Positions 20,464-30,323 of a DNA stretch of 64,000 nucleotides are shown here, in pieces (position 1 is the stretch's first letter; each line of letters opens with the position of its first letter). The position numbers and the translations under genes were made by a program. The stretch lies in contig OY843751.1 of NCBI GenBank assembly GCA_963693055.1, forward strand, positions 160,001-224,000. The letters are read 5' to 3'. Origin of the DNA: a bacterium (GTDB taxonomy: Bacteria; Zhuqueibacterota; Zhuqueibacteria; Residuimicrobiales; Krinioviventaceae). The notes under the pieces are model-generated. The model was not told where the DNA came from and made no database searches. It saw only the letters and a list, made by a program, of their open reading frames with translations.

Positions 20464-21597
20464 ATGAAAATTGCAATGGTATGTTATCCCACTCATGGCG
20501 GCAGTGGCGTTGTGGCAACAGAGCTGGGATTAAATTTAGCAAAATTAGGACACGAAGTCCATTTTATCAGTTACAGTTCCCCGTTTCGTCTTCGCGGATT
20601 TCAACAAAATGTATTCTATCATGAAGTCAATGTCTCGGCGTATCCTTTGTTTAAATATCCGCCTTATGATCTAAGCCTGGCTACAAAGATCATAGAGATA
20701 GCCCGCGAGTATTTGCTGGATGTAGTCCATGCGCATTATGCTATACCGCATGCGGTTAGCGCCTATCTTGCACGGCAGATTATGAATGGTACCGGACCCC
20801 GCATTATTACAACATTACATGGTACGGATATTACTCTGGTAGGTAAAGACGCAACATTCTTTGAAGCTGTTCGATTCAGCATAGAACAATCTGATGGTGT
20901 AACGGCAGTGTCTAATTATTTGACCGAGCGTACAAAAAAAGAGTTCTCAATTCAGAACAATATAAAAACATTGTATAATTTTGTAGATACCAATCGTTTT
21001 ACCGGTGAAATAAAAAATTGTGATGCAAAGCCCTTCAAACCCAATAATGAAAAGCTCATTCTGCATGCTTCAAATTTTCGCAAAGTTAAGAGATTGCCGG
21101 ATATTATCCGTGCTTTTGCCAAAGTCCATACGAAAATTCCCAGCCGGTTGCTGCTGGTAGGTGAGGGGCCGGAGCGACAGGCTTCTCAGGAGCTGGCTAA
21201 AGAATTGGGCGTAATTGAAGATGTATTGTATTTGGGCACCCAGGATTATATTGAAAACCTGCTGGGATGTGCGGATCTGTTCCTGTTGCCCAGCAGTGAG
21301 GAGAGTTTCGGGCTTGCGGCGCTTGAAGCCATGAGCTGTGAAACACCAGTTGTAGGCTCTAACGCCGGGGGTATACCCGAAGTGGTTGATCATGGAGTCA
21401 ATGGGTACTTGCATGATGTGGGTGATATTGATGCAATGGCAAACAGTATGATCGATTTGTTAAGCGATGATGTAAAGCTGCTAAAGTTTAAGCAAGAAGC
21501 AAGAGCAAAGGCTGTCGATGTTTTTGATACACAAAAAATAATACCACAATATGAAGCCTATTATCAGGAAATTATTGCAGGTAAAGGTAAGGTATAA
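20464..21597 (+). CDS. bshA: N-acetyl-alpha-D-glucosaminyl L-malate synthase BshA (GT4)
   Basis: [65 protein letters not shown]. Confidence 0.93.
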   Translation: MKIAMVCYPTHGGSGVVATELGLNLAKLGHEVHFISYSSPFRLRGFQQNVFYHEVNVSAYPLFKYPPYDLSLATKIIEIAREYLLDVVHAHYAIPHAVSAYLARQIMNGTGPRIITTLHGTDITLVGKDATFFEAVRFSIEQSDGVTAVSNYLTERTKKEFSIQNNIKTLYNFVDTNRFTGEIKNCDAKPFKPNNEKLILHASNFRKVKRLPDIIRAFAKVHTKIPSRLLLVGEGPERQASQELAKELGVIEDVLYLGTQDYIENLLGCADLFLLPSSEESFGLAALEAMSCETPVVGSNAGGIPEVVDHGVNGYLHDVGDIDAMANSMIDLLSDDVKLLKFKQEARAKAVDVFDTQKIIPQYEAYYQEIIAGKGKV

Positions 21598-22500
21598 ATG
21601 AATGTTTTGTTAACAGGTGCAACCGGTTTTGTTGGCTCCAGCGTATTAAATGAGCTGCTGGACAACGGATATAATGTTGGATGTTTAGTCCGGAATTCCA
21701 ATATCCGGCTCGAAGGTTTACCTGTTCAGCAATTAATTGCAGATGTGACTGATCCTGCAAGCTATCGTGAGTATCTTGCTGATTTTGATGCCATTGTTCA
21801 TCTGGTTGCCATTATTGAGGAAATACCCGGTAGAGGCATCACGTTTAAGCGGATGAATACGCAGGCCACCGAAAAACTTGTAAAGCTTGCATCCGAAAAT
21901 GGAGTTAAACGATTCATTCATATGAGTGCTTTGGGAGCTAGTGAAAAAGGGATTACTCCTTATTTTACAAGCAAGGGACTGGCTGAAAAAGCCGTTTGTG
22001 AAAGTGGTTTGGATTATACCATCTTTCGACCATCCTTTATTTATGGCCCTGATGATGCCGTGTATTCCATGATTGCAGAGATAATACGAAATAGTCCTTT
22101 GGGGCTGTATCCTGTGTTTGGCAATGGAAAATACAAGCATCAGCCGGTATCCGTAACTGATGTTGCCAGAGCAGTAATTCGATCTCTGGAAAATGAAAAA
22201 AGTTTCAACAAAACATATGATATTGGTGGCCCTGAAGCTTTATCTTTTAATAAGCAGCTGGAACTGTTAGGAAAGGCCATCCGTAAACAATGCAGGCCGC
22301 TGCATATTCCTCTGGCATTATCTCGTTTTTTGGTCAGCATTGCACAACTGTTGCCTTTTTCCCCAATCGATCGTGATCGGTTAAATATGCTGGTCAGAGA
22401 TAATGTGTGCGATAACTCTTTGATATTGGCTGACCTGGATTTAGAATTAACAGAATTTAGTAATGGAATTGAATATTTGAATTGGAGGCATAATGAGTGA
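21598..22500 (+). CDS. NAD(P)-dependent atypical SDR (NDUFA9-like epimerase/dehydratase family)
   Basis: LTGATGFVGS, FIHMSALGA, YFTSK, IFRPSFIYG, QPVSVTDVA. Confidence 0.88.
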   Translation: MNVLLTGATGFVGSSVLNELLDNGYNVGCLVRNSNIRLEGLPVQQLIADVTDPASYREYLADFDAIVHLVAIIEEIPGRGITFKRMNTQATEKLVKLASENGVKRFIHMSALGASEKGITPYFTSKGLAEKAVCESGLDYTIFRPSFIYGPDDAVYSMIAEIIRNSPLGLYPVFGNGKYKHQPVSVTDVARAVIRSLENEKSFNKTYDIGGPEALSFNKQLELLGKAIRKQCRPLHIPLALSRFLVSIAQLLPFSPIDRDRLNMLVRDNVCDNSLILADLDLELTEFSNGIEYLNWRHNE

Positions 22501-22966
22501 TGTGAAACAATTGGAAAAAGGTGATGTAGCACCTGATTTTACTTTGCCCTCTAGTACGGGTGAAACCATTTCTTTGCAGGATTATTTGGGTAAAAAGCGA
22601 GTTGTCTTATATTTTTATCCCAAAGACAATACGTCCGGTTGTACCAAAGAGGCGTGTTCTTTTAGAGATCATTTGCCGGCAATAGAGGATAAAGATACTG
22701 TTGTTTTGGGTGTAAGCCCCGATAGTTTAAAATCTCATGATAAATTTATTGAAAAACACGAGCTGAATTTTCCGCTTTTGTCCGATGAAGATCATAAAGT
22801 CGCCGAGTCTTATGGCGCCTGGGGCGAAAAAAAGATGTATGGAAAAACCTATTTTGGCATTATTCGTAAGACATTTGTTATTGACAAAGAGGGCAAAATT
22901 GAACAGGCTTTTCATAAAGTAAAAGCGGCTGAACATGGTGAAGAGATTTTAAACTTGCTTGATTAA
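22493..22966 (+). CDS. bcp: Peroxiredoxin BCP/PrxQ
   Basis: APDFTL, YFYPKDNTSGCTKEACSFRD, GVSPDS. Confidence 0.95.
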   Translation: MSDVKQLEKGDVAPDFTLPSSTGETISLQDYLGKKRVVLYFYPKDNTSGCTKEACSFRDHLPAIEDKDTVVLGVSPDSLKSHDKFIEKHELNFPLLSDEDHKVAESYGAWGEKKMYGKTYFGIIRKTFVIDKEGKIEQAFHKVKAAEHGEEILNLLD

Positions 22967-23008
22967 TGGGATTTTGCTAATTTGTCTTTGATTAAAAAAG
23001 GACAAATT

Positions 23009-24271
23009 GTGAAGTTAAAATACGGCAAGAAATATTTAGATTTTACTCCATTTGAAAATGTTGACTGGTCTGTATTGGAACCCACAGCTACGTCAGCATT
23101 TTCAAATGAAATGGATTTGATTCACCATGGTGTTGATGCGCTTGTTGAGCAGCTCGAAAGATCTGTAAAATCCGGTGAGTCGGTGTTGTGCGTAATACCA
23201 GATCACACCAGAAAGTGTAGATTGCCCCTTGTTCTTCCTGAATTGATCAATGCTTTTAAATCTCGTCTTGATGTAGAGCCCGAATTTTTGGTTGCTAATG
23301 GTAGCCATGTATTGCAACCGGAATCCATTGTCCGCGAGCTGGTGGGTGACTCGTTATATGACTCTATTAAGATAAGCCAGCATGACGCTAAAGATGATAC
23401 CGCTTTATCATATGTGGGAGACACTACGAATGGAACGCGAATATATCTCAATACAAAAGTGGTAAACGCTGATCATCTCGTAACGATTGGGGGAATCCTT
23501 TTTCATTATTTTGCAGGTTTTGGCGGTGGCCCCAAAATGCTGCTACCCGGAGTGGCGGGTTACGAGACTATACGGCAAAACCACAGTCGCACAATTGATC
23601 CTGAAACAGGTACTTATCATAAAGACTGTACCGAAGGTAATATTGACACAAATCCCGTTTATCTTGATTTAAAGCAAGCCCTTGACTTTTTTGACAATAT
23701 AATATCACTGCAATTCGCATTGGACACTGACGGTAAAATTGTAATGGCCAAAGTCGGCCCTGTGCTTGAAGCCCAGCGAGTTGTTTGCGCCAAGGTTCGT
23801 GAATTGTATACCGTGTATTATTATGGAAAAGCAGACGTTGTGGTTGCCGGCGCGGGAGGGTTTCCCTCTGATGTTAATTTGGTTCAATCGCATAAAGCAA
23901 TTTTTCACGCATATCAGGCTGTCAAGTCGGGTGGAGTTATTATAGCTGTCGCAGCATGTGAAGAAGGCGCAGGTTCTGCTACATTTATGCCTTATTTCGA
24001 GCAAGAAAATGCATCTGCAATCGGTCAAAAACTGTTAACAGATTACAAAATAAACGGGCATACAGCGCTTTCTTTGAAAAGTAAGGCTGAAGATGTGACA
24101 ATAATTCTTGTATCTGGGCTGGATGAAGAATTGGTAAAAAAGACCGGTATGGTTCCTGCAAAATCTATAGGTGAAGCAGTTCGTTTGGCCAAAGCACTTT
24201 TGATTGGCGATAATATAAAGGGTTATGTGTTGTCGCAGGCCAACTTGTATGTTCCAGAGCAGAGAGACTAG
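23009..24271 (+). CDS. larA: Nickel-pincer-dependent LarA-family 2-hydroxyacid racemase/epimerase
   Basis: PDHTR, ANGSH, HYFAGFGGGPKMLLPG, RQNH, GGFPSDVNLVQSHKA; GTG start after AAGGA (alternative TTG 22982). Confidence 0.88.
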   Translation: MKLKYGKKYLDFTPFENVDWSVLEPTATSAFSNEMDLIHHGVDALVEQLERSVKSGESVLCVIPDHTRKCRLPLVLPELINAFKSRLDVEPEFLVANGSHVLQPESIVRELVGDSLYDSIKISQHDAKDDTALSYVGDTTNGTRIYLNTKVVNADHLVTIGGILFHYFAGFGGGPKMLLPGVAGYETIRQNHSRTIDPETGTYHKDCTEGNIDTNPVYLDLKQALDFFDNIISLQFALDTDGKIVMAKVGPVLEAQRVVCAKVRELYTVYYYGKADVVVAGAGGFPSDVNLVQSHKAIFHAYQAVKSGGVIIAVAACEEGAGSATFMPYFEQENASAIGQKLLTDYKINGHTALSLKSKAEDVTIILVSGLDEELVKKTGMVPAKSIGEAVRLAKALLIGDNIKGYVLSQANLYVPEQRD

Positions 24272-24798
24272 TTATCTTTAATGTCCTCGATTAACATTTT
24301 TGTCCAGGATTCAATAAATTCCCAATCTCTTGTGTCAATATTGTCTTCAGAGGGCAGGCCTTTGCGTTTTAAAACAGTTTTTGTGATTTCCTGCATTACC
24401 GGGTTCATTTTGGCAAAATCAATTTTCCCACCAAACGCCTCTGATTGCAGCAAATGGATTTCGGGATATTTTTCAAACAATGGATTGATAAATTCTCTTT
24501 TTATCTCTTCTCTTCCATCAATGCAGGTAGCTGCAAGACAAACGGCAAAAAAGGCAACTTTTTTCTGAGGTAAGATATGTCGTTCTCTTGCTAAAAAGTC
24601 CCTAACATTTGCCAATGGCAGGTCAGCCCTGACAGAGCTGCCAATAATTATTGCATCATAATTATCAATGTTTGAAATTTGATCAATTGAATTTGTGGTG
24701 ATGTTAAAAGTCTCTTCTTGTGACAATACTTTTGCTACTTTTTCCGCAACCTCTTTGGTTGACCCATATCCGCTACTATAAGTGACAAGGATTTCCAT
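24268..24798 (-). CDS. HemG-like flavodoxin-domain protein
   Basis: YSSGYGSTKEVAE, IIGSSV, FGGKID, DTRDWEFIESW. Confidence 0.85.
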   Translation of the reverse strand: MEILVTYSSGYGSTKEVAEKVAKVLSQEETFNITTNSIDQISNIDNYDAIIIGSSVRADLPLANVRDFLARERHILPQKKVAFFAVCLAATCIDGREEIKREFINPLFEKYPEIHLLQSEAFGGKIDFAKMNPVMQEITKTVLKRKGLPSEDNIDTRDWEFIESWTKMLIEDIKDN

Positions 24799-24886
24799 TA
24801 TTACTTCCTGTTAGTGACAAGTTGAAAAAAGTAAAATATTGATCTTGCAGATAAAATGCCAGAAAAAAATTTCCAATTTTCCCAAT

Positions 24887-25414
24887 TTAAAGTATTTGTT
24901 TTAATTGGGATGCCCAAATTTTAATATTATCCCAGTTGCGTGTATCAACGCTACCGTTAGAGCTTACCCCGGTTTTTTTGAAAACCTGTAAAATTAAGCT
25001 TTGCATAACAGGATTAAGGCGTTGAAAATCAATTTTGCCACCAAAGGCAGCAATGCTTTTAAAATCTAAATCGGGATAATGATCTTTTAGTTGCTGAGTG
25101 TAGGTGGTTATTATCTTTTCCTGCCCCTCAAGAGAGTTTGCGGTCAGACAAAGAATAAACATGGCAAGTTTTTTATCTTTTAATAGTGATTTATTTGCAG
25201 AAATAAAATCTCGAGTATTGGCTAATAAATTATCAGCTCTTATTGAAGTGCCTATAATGATTGTATCAAAGGAATCAAGGTTTTGTGGCGAGTCAATCAA
25301 TTGCAATTCAACGGATGTTGAATTGTTTTCTGATATTAACTTTCCAATTGTCTCGGCAACTTCTTTGGTTGTACCGTAACCGCTGCTATAAATTATAAGT
25401 GTTTTTTGTGCCAT
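24887..25414 (-). CDS. HemG-like flavodoxin-domain protein (paralogue)
   Basis: YSSGYGTTKEVAE, IIGTSI, FGGKID, DTRNWDNIKIWA. Confidence 0.85.
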   Translation of the reverse strand: MAQKTLIIYSSGYGTTKEVAETIGKLISENNSTSVELQLIDSPQNLDSFDTIIIGTSIRADNLLANTRDFISANKSLLKDKKLAMFILCLTANSLEGQEKIITTYTQQLKDHYPDLDFKSIAAFGGKIDFQRLNPVMQSLILQVFKKTGVSSNGSVDTRNWDNIKIWASQLKQIL

Positions 25415-25568
25415 AGGTTCTTGTAATTTTTTTTATTGACGAACATAATAACACATGATTGTAAAAAAAAATTCACAAAAATCTGAAAAAACTGAAATTT
25501 ATTGTATAATTTTACTCTTTTTCAGCAATCAACAAGCCACGTATGTCCTGTTCAATGCCAAAAAAGAA

Positions 25569-25597
25569 TTGACTTTACTTGTAAATATTTATATATT
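25569..25597 (+). promoter_or_regulatory. sigma70-type promoter for tRNA-Leu/tig
   Basis: TTGACT-N17-TATATT ending 12 nt before the tRNA. Confidence 0.6.
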
Positions 25598-25609
25598 TAA
25601 CATCTGTAT

Positions 25610-25695
25610 GCGAGAGTGGCGAAACTGGCAGACGCGCTAGACTTAGGATCTAGTGCCCCATGGGCTTGGGGGTTCGACTCCCCCCTCTCGCACCA
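25610..25695 (+). tRNA. tRNA-Leu (anticodon TAG)
   Basis: Acceptor GCGAGAG/CTCTCGC + ACCA; D-loop TGGCAGAC; anticodon arm CTAGA-ctTAGga-TCTAG; long variable arm; GGTTCGACTCC. Confidence 0.96.
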
Positions 25696-25787
25696 AGCGT
25701 AGAGAATGAACGGTCGGCGAACAGATGGAATTTCTGCGTTCGTCGATTTTTTTTATTAAATAAATTTAAATACAAGAGGTTCACGAA

Positions 25788-27146
25788 TTGGATTATAATA
25801 TTACAAATGGGAAAAACTGGCACACTGTTATTGATGTTACTATTCCGCCGGATTCAATTAAACCTAAATTGGATGAGAATTTTAAAGCGTATCAGGCTAA
25901 TGCAAAAATAGGTGGATTCCGAAAAGGTAAAGTGCCTATGCAGCTCGTTAAAAAGATGTTCGGTGCTGAAATAGAACAAGACACTTTTCGTCCTTATATT
26001 ACAGAAGCTTGGCAAACCATCTTTAAAGATAATCCTTTTGAGAATGCAATTGATGAACCCTATATCACAGATTTGAAATTTGATAATGATAAAGGTTTGA
26101 CCTTTAATATCGAATTCGACGTCCGTCCTGAATTCGAAGTGAAAGGATATGGGGATGTCAAAGTTGAGAAAATTGCTTACGATATCAAAAAAGATGATGT
26201 TGAAAATGCCCTTGAAGAGATTCGAGAACGTCAGGCAATGATCCATACGGTTGAAGGTGAAGCCAAAGAAGGCAATTTTCTGCTGGCTGATTTACAGGAG
26301 CTCGACGAAGGTGGTGTTCCCGTGGTTGGAAGCAGATACCCTGATCAACAAGTGTGGTTGAGCAAGGAAAATGTTGAGCTTACGTCTCAGTTGTTAGGAG
26401 TTAAGGCAGGTGAAGACCGCAAGATCACTTTGACGTTGCCATCTCAGGAAGAAGGTAAAGAGGGTGAAGAAAAGAAACAAGATTTTATGCTGGCTGTAAA
26501 AGAGATTAAGGAACGGCGTGTTCCAGATCTGGATGACGAGTTTGCCAAGGATGTAGGTCCTTATAAAAACTTGAAAGAATTAAAAGATCTTTTGAAAAAG
26601 AATATTACAGCTCAGGCAGAAATGGAAGCCCGTGTAAAGTTTGAATCTGACCTTGTTGACGGAATGGTTAAAAAGGTAGAAATTGAAGCTCCGCCATCAA
26701 TGGTTAATAATTACCTGGGTGCTTTGATTAGTGACTTTAAAAAACGCAACAAAGAGCAAAAAGTAACTGACGAGCAATTGATTGAATATTACAAATCTAC
26801 AGCAGAAAAAACCATTCAATGGATGCTGTTAAGAGAAAAGATCATAGAACAGGAAAGCATTTCGGTGTCTGAAGAGGAGCTTGAAGCAAAGATCAAAGAG
26901 CTGGAAGCTTCTGAAAATGAGCATGACAAACAGCGTGCCCAGGAATGCCGTGATGATGAACATGCAAAACGTAATCTTGAAGATCGTTTGTTGGAAGAAA
27001 AGGTCTATGCCTTCCTTGAAAGTAAAGTTAAAGTCAGTAAGGTGAAAAAAGGATGGCGTGAAGTTGAAGAACCACAGGAAACTGAGCAAGAAGCTGCTCA
27101 GGAAGAGCCTGCTGAAGAACCTGCAGACGATAAAAAAAGTGAATAA
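25788..27146 (+). CDS. tig: Trigger factor
   Basis: GFRKGKVP ribosome-binding motif, PDLDDEFAK; conserved tRNA-Leu-tig-clpP-clpX synteny. Confidence 0.95.
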   Translation: MDYNITNGKNWHTVIDVTIPPDSIKPKLDENFKAYQANAKIGGFRKGKVPMQLVKKMFGAEIEQDTFRPYITEAWQTIFKDNPFENAIDEPYITDLKFDNDKGLTFNIEFDVRPEFEVKGYGDVKVEKIAYDIKKDDVENALEEIRERQAMIHTVEGEAKEGNFLLADLQELDEGGVPVVGSRYPDQQVWLSKENVELTSQLLGVKAGEDRKITLTLPSQEEGKEGEEKKQDFMLAVKEIKERRVPDLDDEFAKDVGPYKNLKELKDLLKKNITAQAEMEARVKFESDLVDGMVKKVEIEAPPSMVNNYLGALISDFKKRNKEQKVTDEQLIEYYKSTAEKTIQWMLLREKIIEQESISVSEEELEAKIKELEASENEHDKQRAQECRDDEHAKRNLEDRLLEEKVYAFLESKVKVSKVKKGWREVEEPQETEQEAAQEEPAEEPADDKKSE

Positions 27147-27177
27147 TTCAGTAATAGATTTGTTATCTATTACTGAA
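27147..27177. other. Intercistronic stem-loop between tig and clpP
   Basis: TTCAGTAATAGAT-ttgtt-ATCTATTACTGAA perfect 13-bp stem; no U-tract on the sense strand. Confidence 0.55.
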
Positions 27178-27207
27178 AAAAATATACGAATTTAAACGGA
27201 GTTACAT

Positions 27208-27810
27208 ATGGCACTTGTACCTATGGTAGTCGAGCAAACAGGCCGTGGAGAACGGGCTTATGATATTTTTTCTCGCTTATTAAAGGAAAGAATCATATTT
27301 TTAGGTACTGCAATTGATGATACCGTTGCCAGTCTGGCAATTGCGCAATTATTGTTTCTCGAAGCTGATGATCCTGATAAGGATGTTTATTTGTATATAA
27401 ACTCTCCCGGTGGATATGTTTCTGCGGGATTGGCGATATATGATACTATGCAATACATCAAGCCCGACGTGGCAACTATTTGTATGGGGCAGGCATCCAG
27501 TATGGGTGCATTTTTGTTGGCTGCGGGTACCCCCGGAAAGCGATCTGCCCTGCCACATGCACGTGTTATGATTCACCAGCCTTTAGGCGGTGCGCAGGGG
27601 CAGGCAAGTGATATAGAAATACAGGCTAAAGAGATTCTGCATTTGCGTGAAGAGTTGAATCAGGTCCTGGCAAATCATACCGGTCAGCCTTTGGATAAAA
27701 TTGAAAAAGATACTGATCGTAATTACTTTATGAGTGCTCAGGAAGCCAAAGATTATGGCATTATTGATGAAATTATGATACGTAAAAATACCGAAGTGAC
27801 AAAAGAATAA
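27208..27810 (+). CDS. clpP: ATP-dependent Clp protease proteolytic subunit
   Basis: [44 protein letters not shown]. Confidence 0.99.
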   Translation: MALVPMVVEQTGRGERAYDIFSRLLKERIIFLGTAIDDTVASLAIAQLLFLEADDPDKDVYLYINSPGGYVSAGLAIYDTMQYIKPDVATICMGQASSMGAFLLAAGTPGKRSALPHARVMIHQPLGGAQGQASDIEIQAKEILHLREELNQVLANHTGQPLDKIEKDTDRNYFMSAQEAKDYGIIDEIMIRKNTEVTKE

Positions 27811-27833
27811 GTAGGTTTTAAAAGGATAATTGT

Positions 27834-29108
27834 ATGGACCAGAATAACAAGGGTGATAACAGATTTGCCATCTGTTCGTTTTGTGGGAAAAATTCCAACC
27901 AGGTGGAAACCATTGTCACAGGTCCGGATGTAAGTATTTGCAATGAGTGTGTGGCAATTGCTAATAAAGTGATCTCTCGTGAAAAGTCGAAAAAACCTTT
28001 TACTTTGCAGGGTAAAATACCGACTCCTGAAGAGATTAAAAATGAACTGGACAAGTTTGTTATTGGCCAGGAATACGCAAAGAAAAATATTGCAGTTGCA
28101 GTTTATAATCATTATAAGCGTATTGAAGAAAAATCTGCTTCCGAAGAAGATGTTGTTCTTGAGAAAAGCAATGTGCTGTTGATTGGCCCTACGGGCACGG
28201 GAAAAACGTTGATGGCCCAGACTTTGGCCAAGTTTTTAAAAGTACCGTTTACCATTGCTGATGCAACTACTTTGACAGAAGCAGGGTACGTTGGTGAAGA
28301 TGTAGAGAATATACTTGTAAGGCTTTTACAGGCTGCCGAATATAACGTGCAGCGAGCGGAAAGAGGTATTGTTTATATTGATGAGCTTGATAAGATCTCC
28401 AGAAAAGGGGGGAACCCCTCAATTACGCGTGATGTTTCGGGTGAAGGAGTGCAGCAGGCTTTGTTAAAAATGTTAGAAGGTACAATCGCCGCAGTTCCAC
28501 CAAAAGGTGGCCGTAAGCACCCTGAAATGGATTTTATCAATCTCAATACCAAAAATATATTGTTTATTTGTGGTGGTGCGTTTGAGGGGCTTGATAAAGT
28601 TGTTTCAACCCGCATCGGGAAAAAGTCGGTTGGTTTTGGCGCAGATGTTGACAAGAACCAGCTTAAAGAAGAATATGTTTTGCGTCATGTAGAACCCGAA
28701 GACTTGTTGCAATATGGTTTGATTCCCGAGTTGATAGGACGTTTGCCGGTAATAACAACATTATCAGATCTTGATGATGATGCGCTTTTCAGGATTTTGA
28801 CCGAGCCGAAAAACGCATTGATAAAACAGTTCAAGCATTTGTTTAAACTGGATAATGTAGAGTTGGTTGTTGAAGATGATGCATTATTTGAAATTATAAA
28901 AATAGCAAAAAGCCGCAAGACGGGTGCGAGGGGATTGCGCTCGGTAATGGAGGGTGTGATGCTTGATATTATGTATCATCTGCCTTCACAAAATAATATT
29001 AAAGCCTGTAAGATCACAAAGCATGTTGTGATCGAGAAAGCAGAGCCTGAATATGCTTTTAGAGCAGATTTTATTGAAGACCATTCGAATTTGGACGATG
29101 CTGCGTGA
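27834..29108 (+). CDS. clpX: Clp protease ATP-binding subunit ClpX
   Basis: CSFCGK...CNEC zinc domain, [28 protein letters not shown] loop. Confidence 0.99.
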   Translation: MDQNNKGDNRFAICSFCGKNSNQVETIVTGPDVSICNECVAIANKVISREKSKKPFTLQGKIPTPEEIKNELDKFVIGQEYAKKNIAVAVYNHYKRIEEKSASEEDVVLEKSNVLLIGPTGTGKTLMAQTLAKFLKVPFTIADATTLTEAGYVGEDVENILVRLLQAAEYNVQRAERGIVYIDELDKISRKGGNPSITRDVSGEGVQQALLKMLEGTIAAVPPKGGRKHPEMDFINLNTKNILFICGGAFEGLDKVVSTRIGKKSVGFGADVDKNQLKEEYVLRHVEPEDLLQYGLIPELIGRLPVITTLSDLDDDALFRILTEPKNALIKQFKHLFKLDNVELVVEDDALFEIIKIAKSRKTGARGLRSVMEGVMLDIMYHLPSQNNIKACKITKHVVIEKAEPEYAFRADFIEDHSNLDDAA

Positions 29109-29133
29109 AATCTTTGTTTTCAGTTGAGGTTTT

Positions 29134-29736
29134 ATGAAAATAACCATGGCAGAATATGTCAAGAGTATTAACACTCTTGAACAGCTGCCAAACGAAAACA
29201 TTCCTCATATTGCGTTTGCCGGTAGATCAAATGTTGGCAAATCAAGCTTGATGAACACCTTGCTAAATAGAAAAAAATTAGTAAAGGTGAGTTCTACACC
29301 GGGGAAAACCCGTTCGATCAATTTTTTTTTAATAAACCAGGCGTTTTATTTTGTTGATTTACCAGGTTATGGTTATGCCAAGGTCTCTAAGACTATGTAT
29401 AGAGACTGGCAAAAGTTGATGGAGAGTTATTTGTCGTCTGTTGGACAGTTAAAAGCGGTTGTTCATCTGTTTGACTTGAGGCATCCCATTACACAAATGG
29501 ATAAAGAGTTCTTGGCTTGGTTGAATTATTATGATATTGACAGCATTTTGGTAGGAACAAAAGCTGACAAGTTGTCAAAGAATAAATTGGCAGCACAAAT
29601 AGATTCAAATCTACGAGTGTTGGATGATGAGTTTGGCAGCAATACTTCAGTAATTGCATTTTCTTCAGTTACAGGTAAAGGCAAAGACGAGCTTTGGTCT
29701 TTGATTTTGGAGCATTTAAAGACTACAAAAAAGTAG
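29134..29736 (+). CDS. engB: Ribosome biogenesis GTPase YihA/YsxC
   Basis: GRSNVGKSS, PGKTR, DLPGYGY, TKADK. Confidence 0.97.
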   Translation: MKITMAEYVKSINTLEQLPNENIPHIAFAGRSNVGKSSLMNTLLNRKKLVKVSSTPGKTRSINFFLINQAFYFVDLPGYGYAKVSKTMYRDWQKLMESYLSSVGQLKAVVHLFDLRHPITQMDKEFLAWLNYYDIDSILVGTKADKLSKNKLAAQIDSNLRVLDDEFGSNTSVIAFSSVTGKGKDELWSLILEHLKTTKK

Positions 29737-30142
29737 TTTTTCAGTGTTTTGTGACATTTTTGAAGCATTGACGATATTTAAAGCAAGGCAATTTTGTATA
29801 ATAGTGCAGTATTTTGCTTGATTATAGTAAAGTTGGAGCCCAAAAGTTAGTGCTGGAAAGAATTTGTTTCAGTTTTATACAATTTTGTAGGATTGTTTTT
29901 TTAGGCCGACATTGTTGTGGGAAATTGAGGGCCATGGGGGTAAAATGGAGAAGAAGTAAGTTGTTGGCAAGTTGTTGTATTTGTTGGGATTGTGGTCACT
30001 TTGAAAAGTAGAGAAAAAGTAGCTTAATATGGCATAATTGTTGTCATGGCTTGAGCGTTTGGTCGTACAACGGTTTAAAAGAAGTGTGGTGGAATTTATG
30101 CAAATTGTTAGTTTTTATTTGCTTAATAGAATTAAAAAAATC

Positions 30143-30171
30143 TTGACAATATTTCAAAAAACAATTATATT
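30143..30171 (+). promoter_or_regulatory. sigma70-type promoter of the TBDR-PorV cluster
   Basis: TTGACA-N17-TATATT. Confidence 0.65.
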
Positions 30172-30246
30172 TCTTAACAAGAAATTTGGTGACTTGTTTG
30201 AAACAGTATGGAATACAGATTTTTTACATTTGGTTAATATATTCGA

Positions 30247-30279
30247 AAAGGGCGCATTGAAATCGCCCTTTTTTATTTC
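30247..30279 (+). terminator. Terminator-like hairpin in 5' leader of TBDR cluster
   Basis: AAAAGGGCG-cattgaaat-CGCCCTTTT then TTATTT, located between promoter and start codon. Confidence 0.55.
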
Positions 30280-30323
30280 CATATAAAATGAATAGTATTC
30301 ATTTTTTCAAAAGGAGTTGTGTG

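Noticed and set aside
25610-25760. tRNA-Leu as an integration site for a genomic island
   Set aside because: No integrase, no duplicated tRNA 3' end seen, and tRNA-tig-clpP-clpX synteny is intact
29737-30323. Cobalamin or TPP riboswitch upstream of the TBDR; small ORFs 29814-30011 and 30038-30286
   Set aside because: No recognisable riboswitch consensus by eye; the ORFs lack RBS and protein-like composition, and one overlaps the promoter and leader
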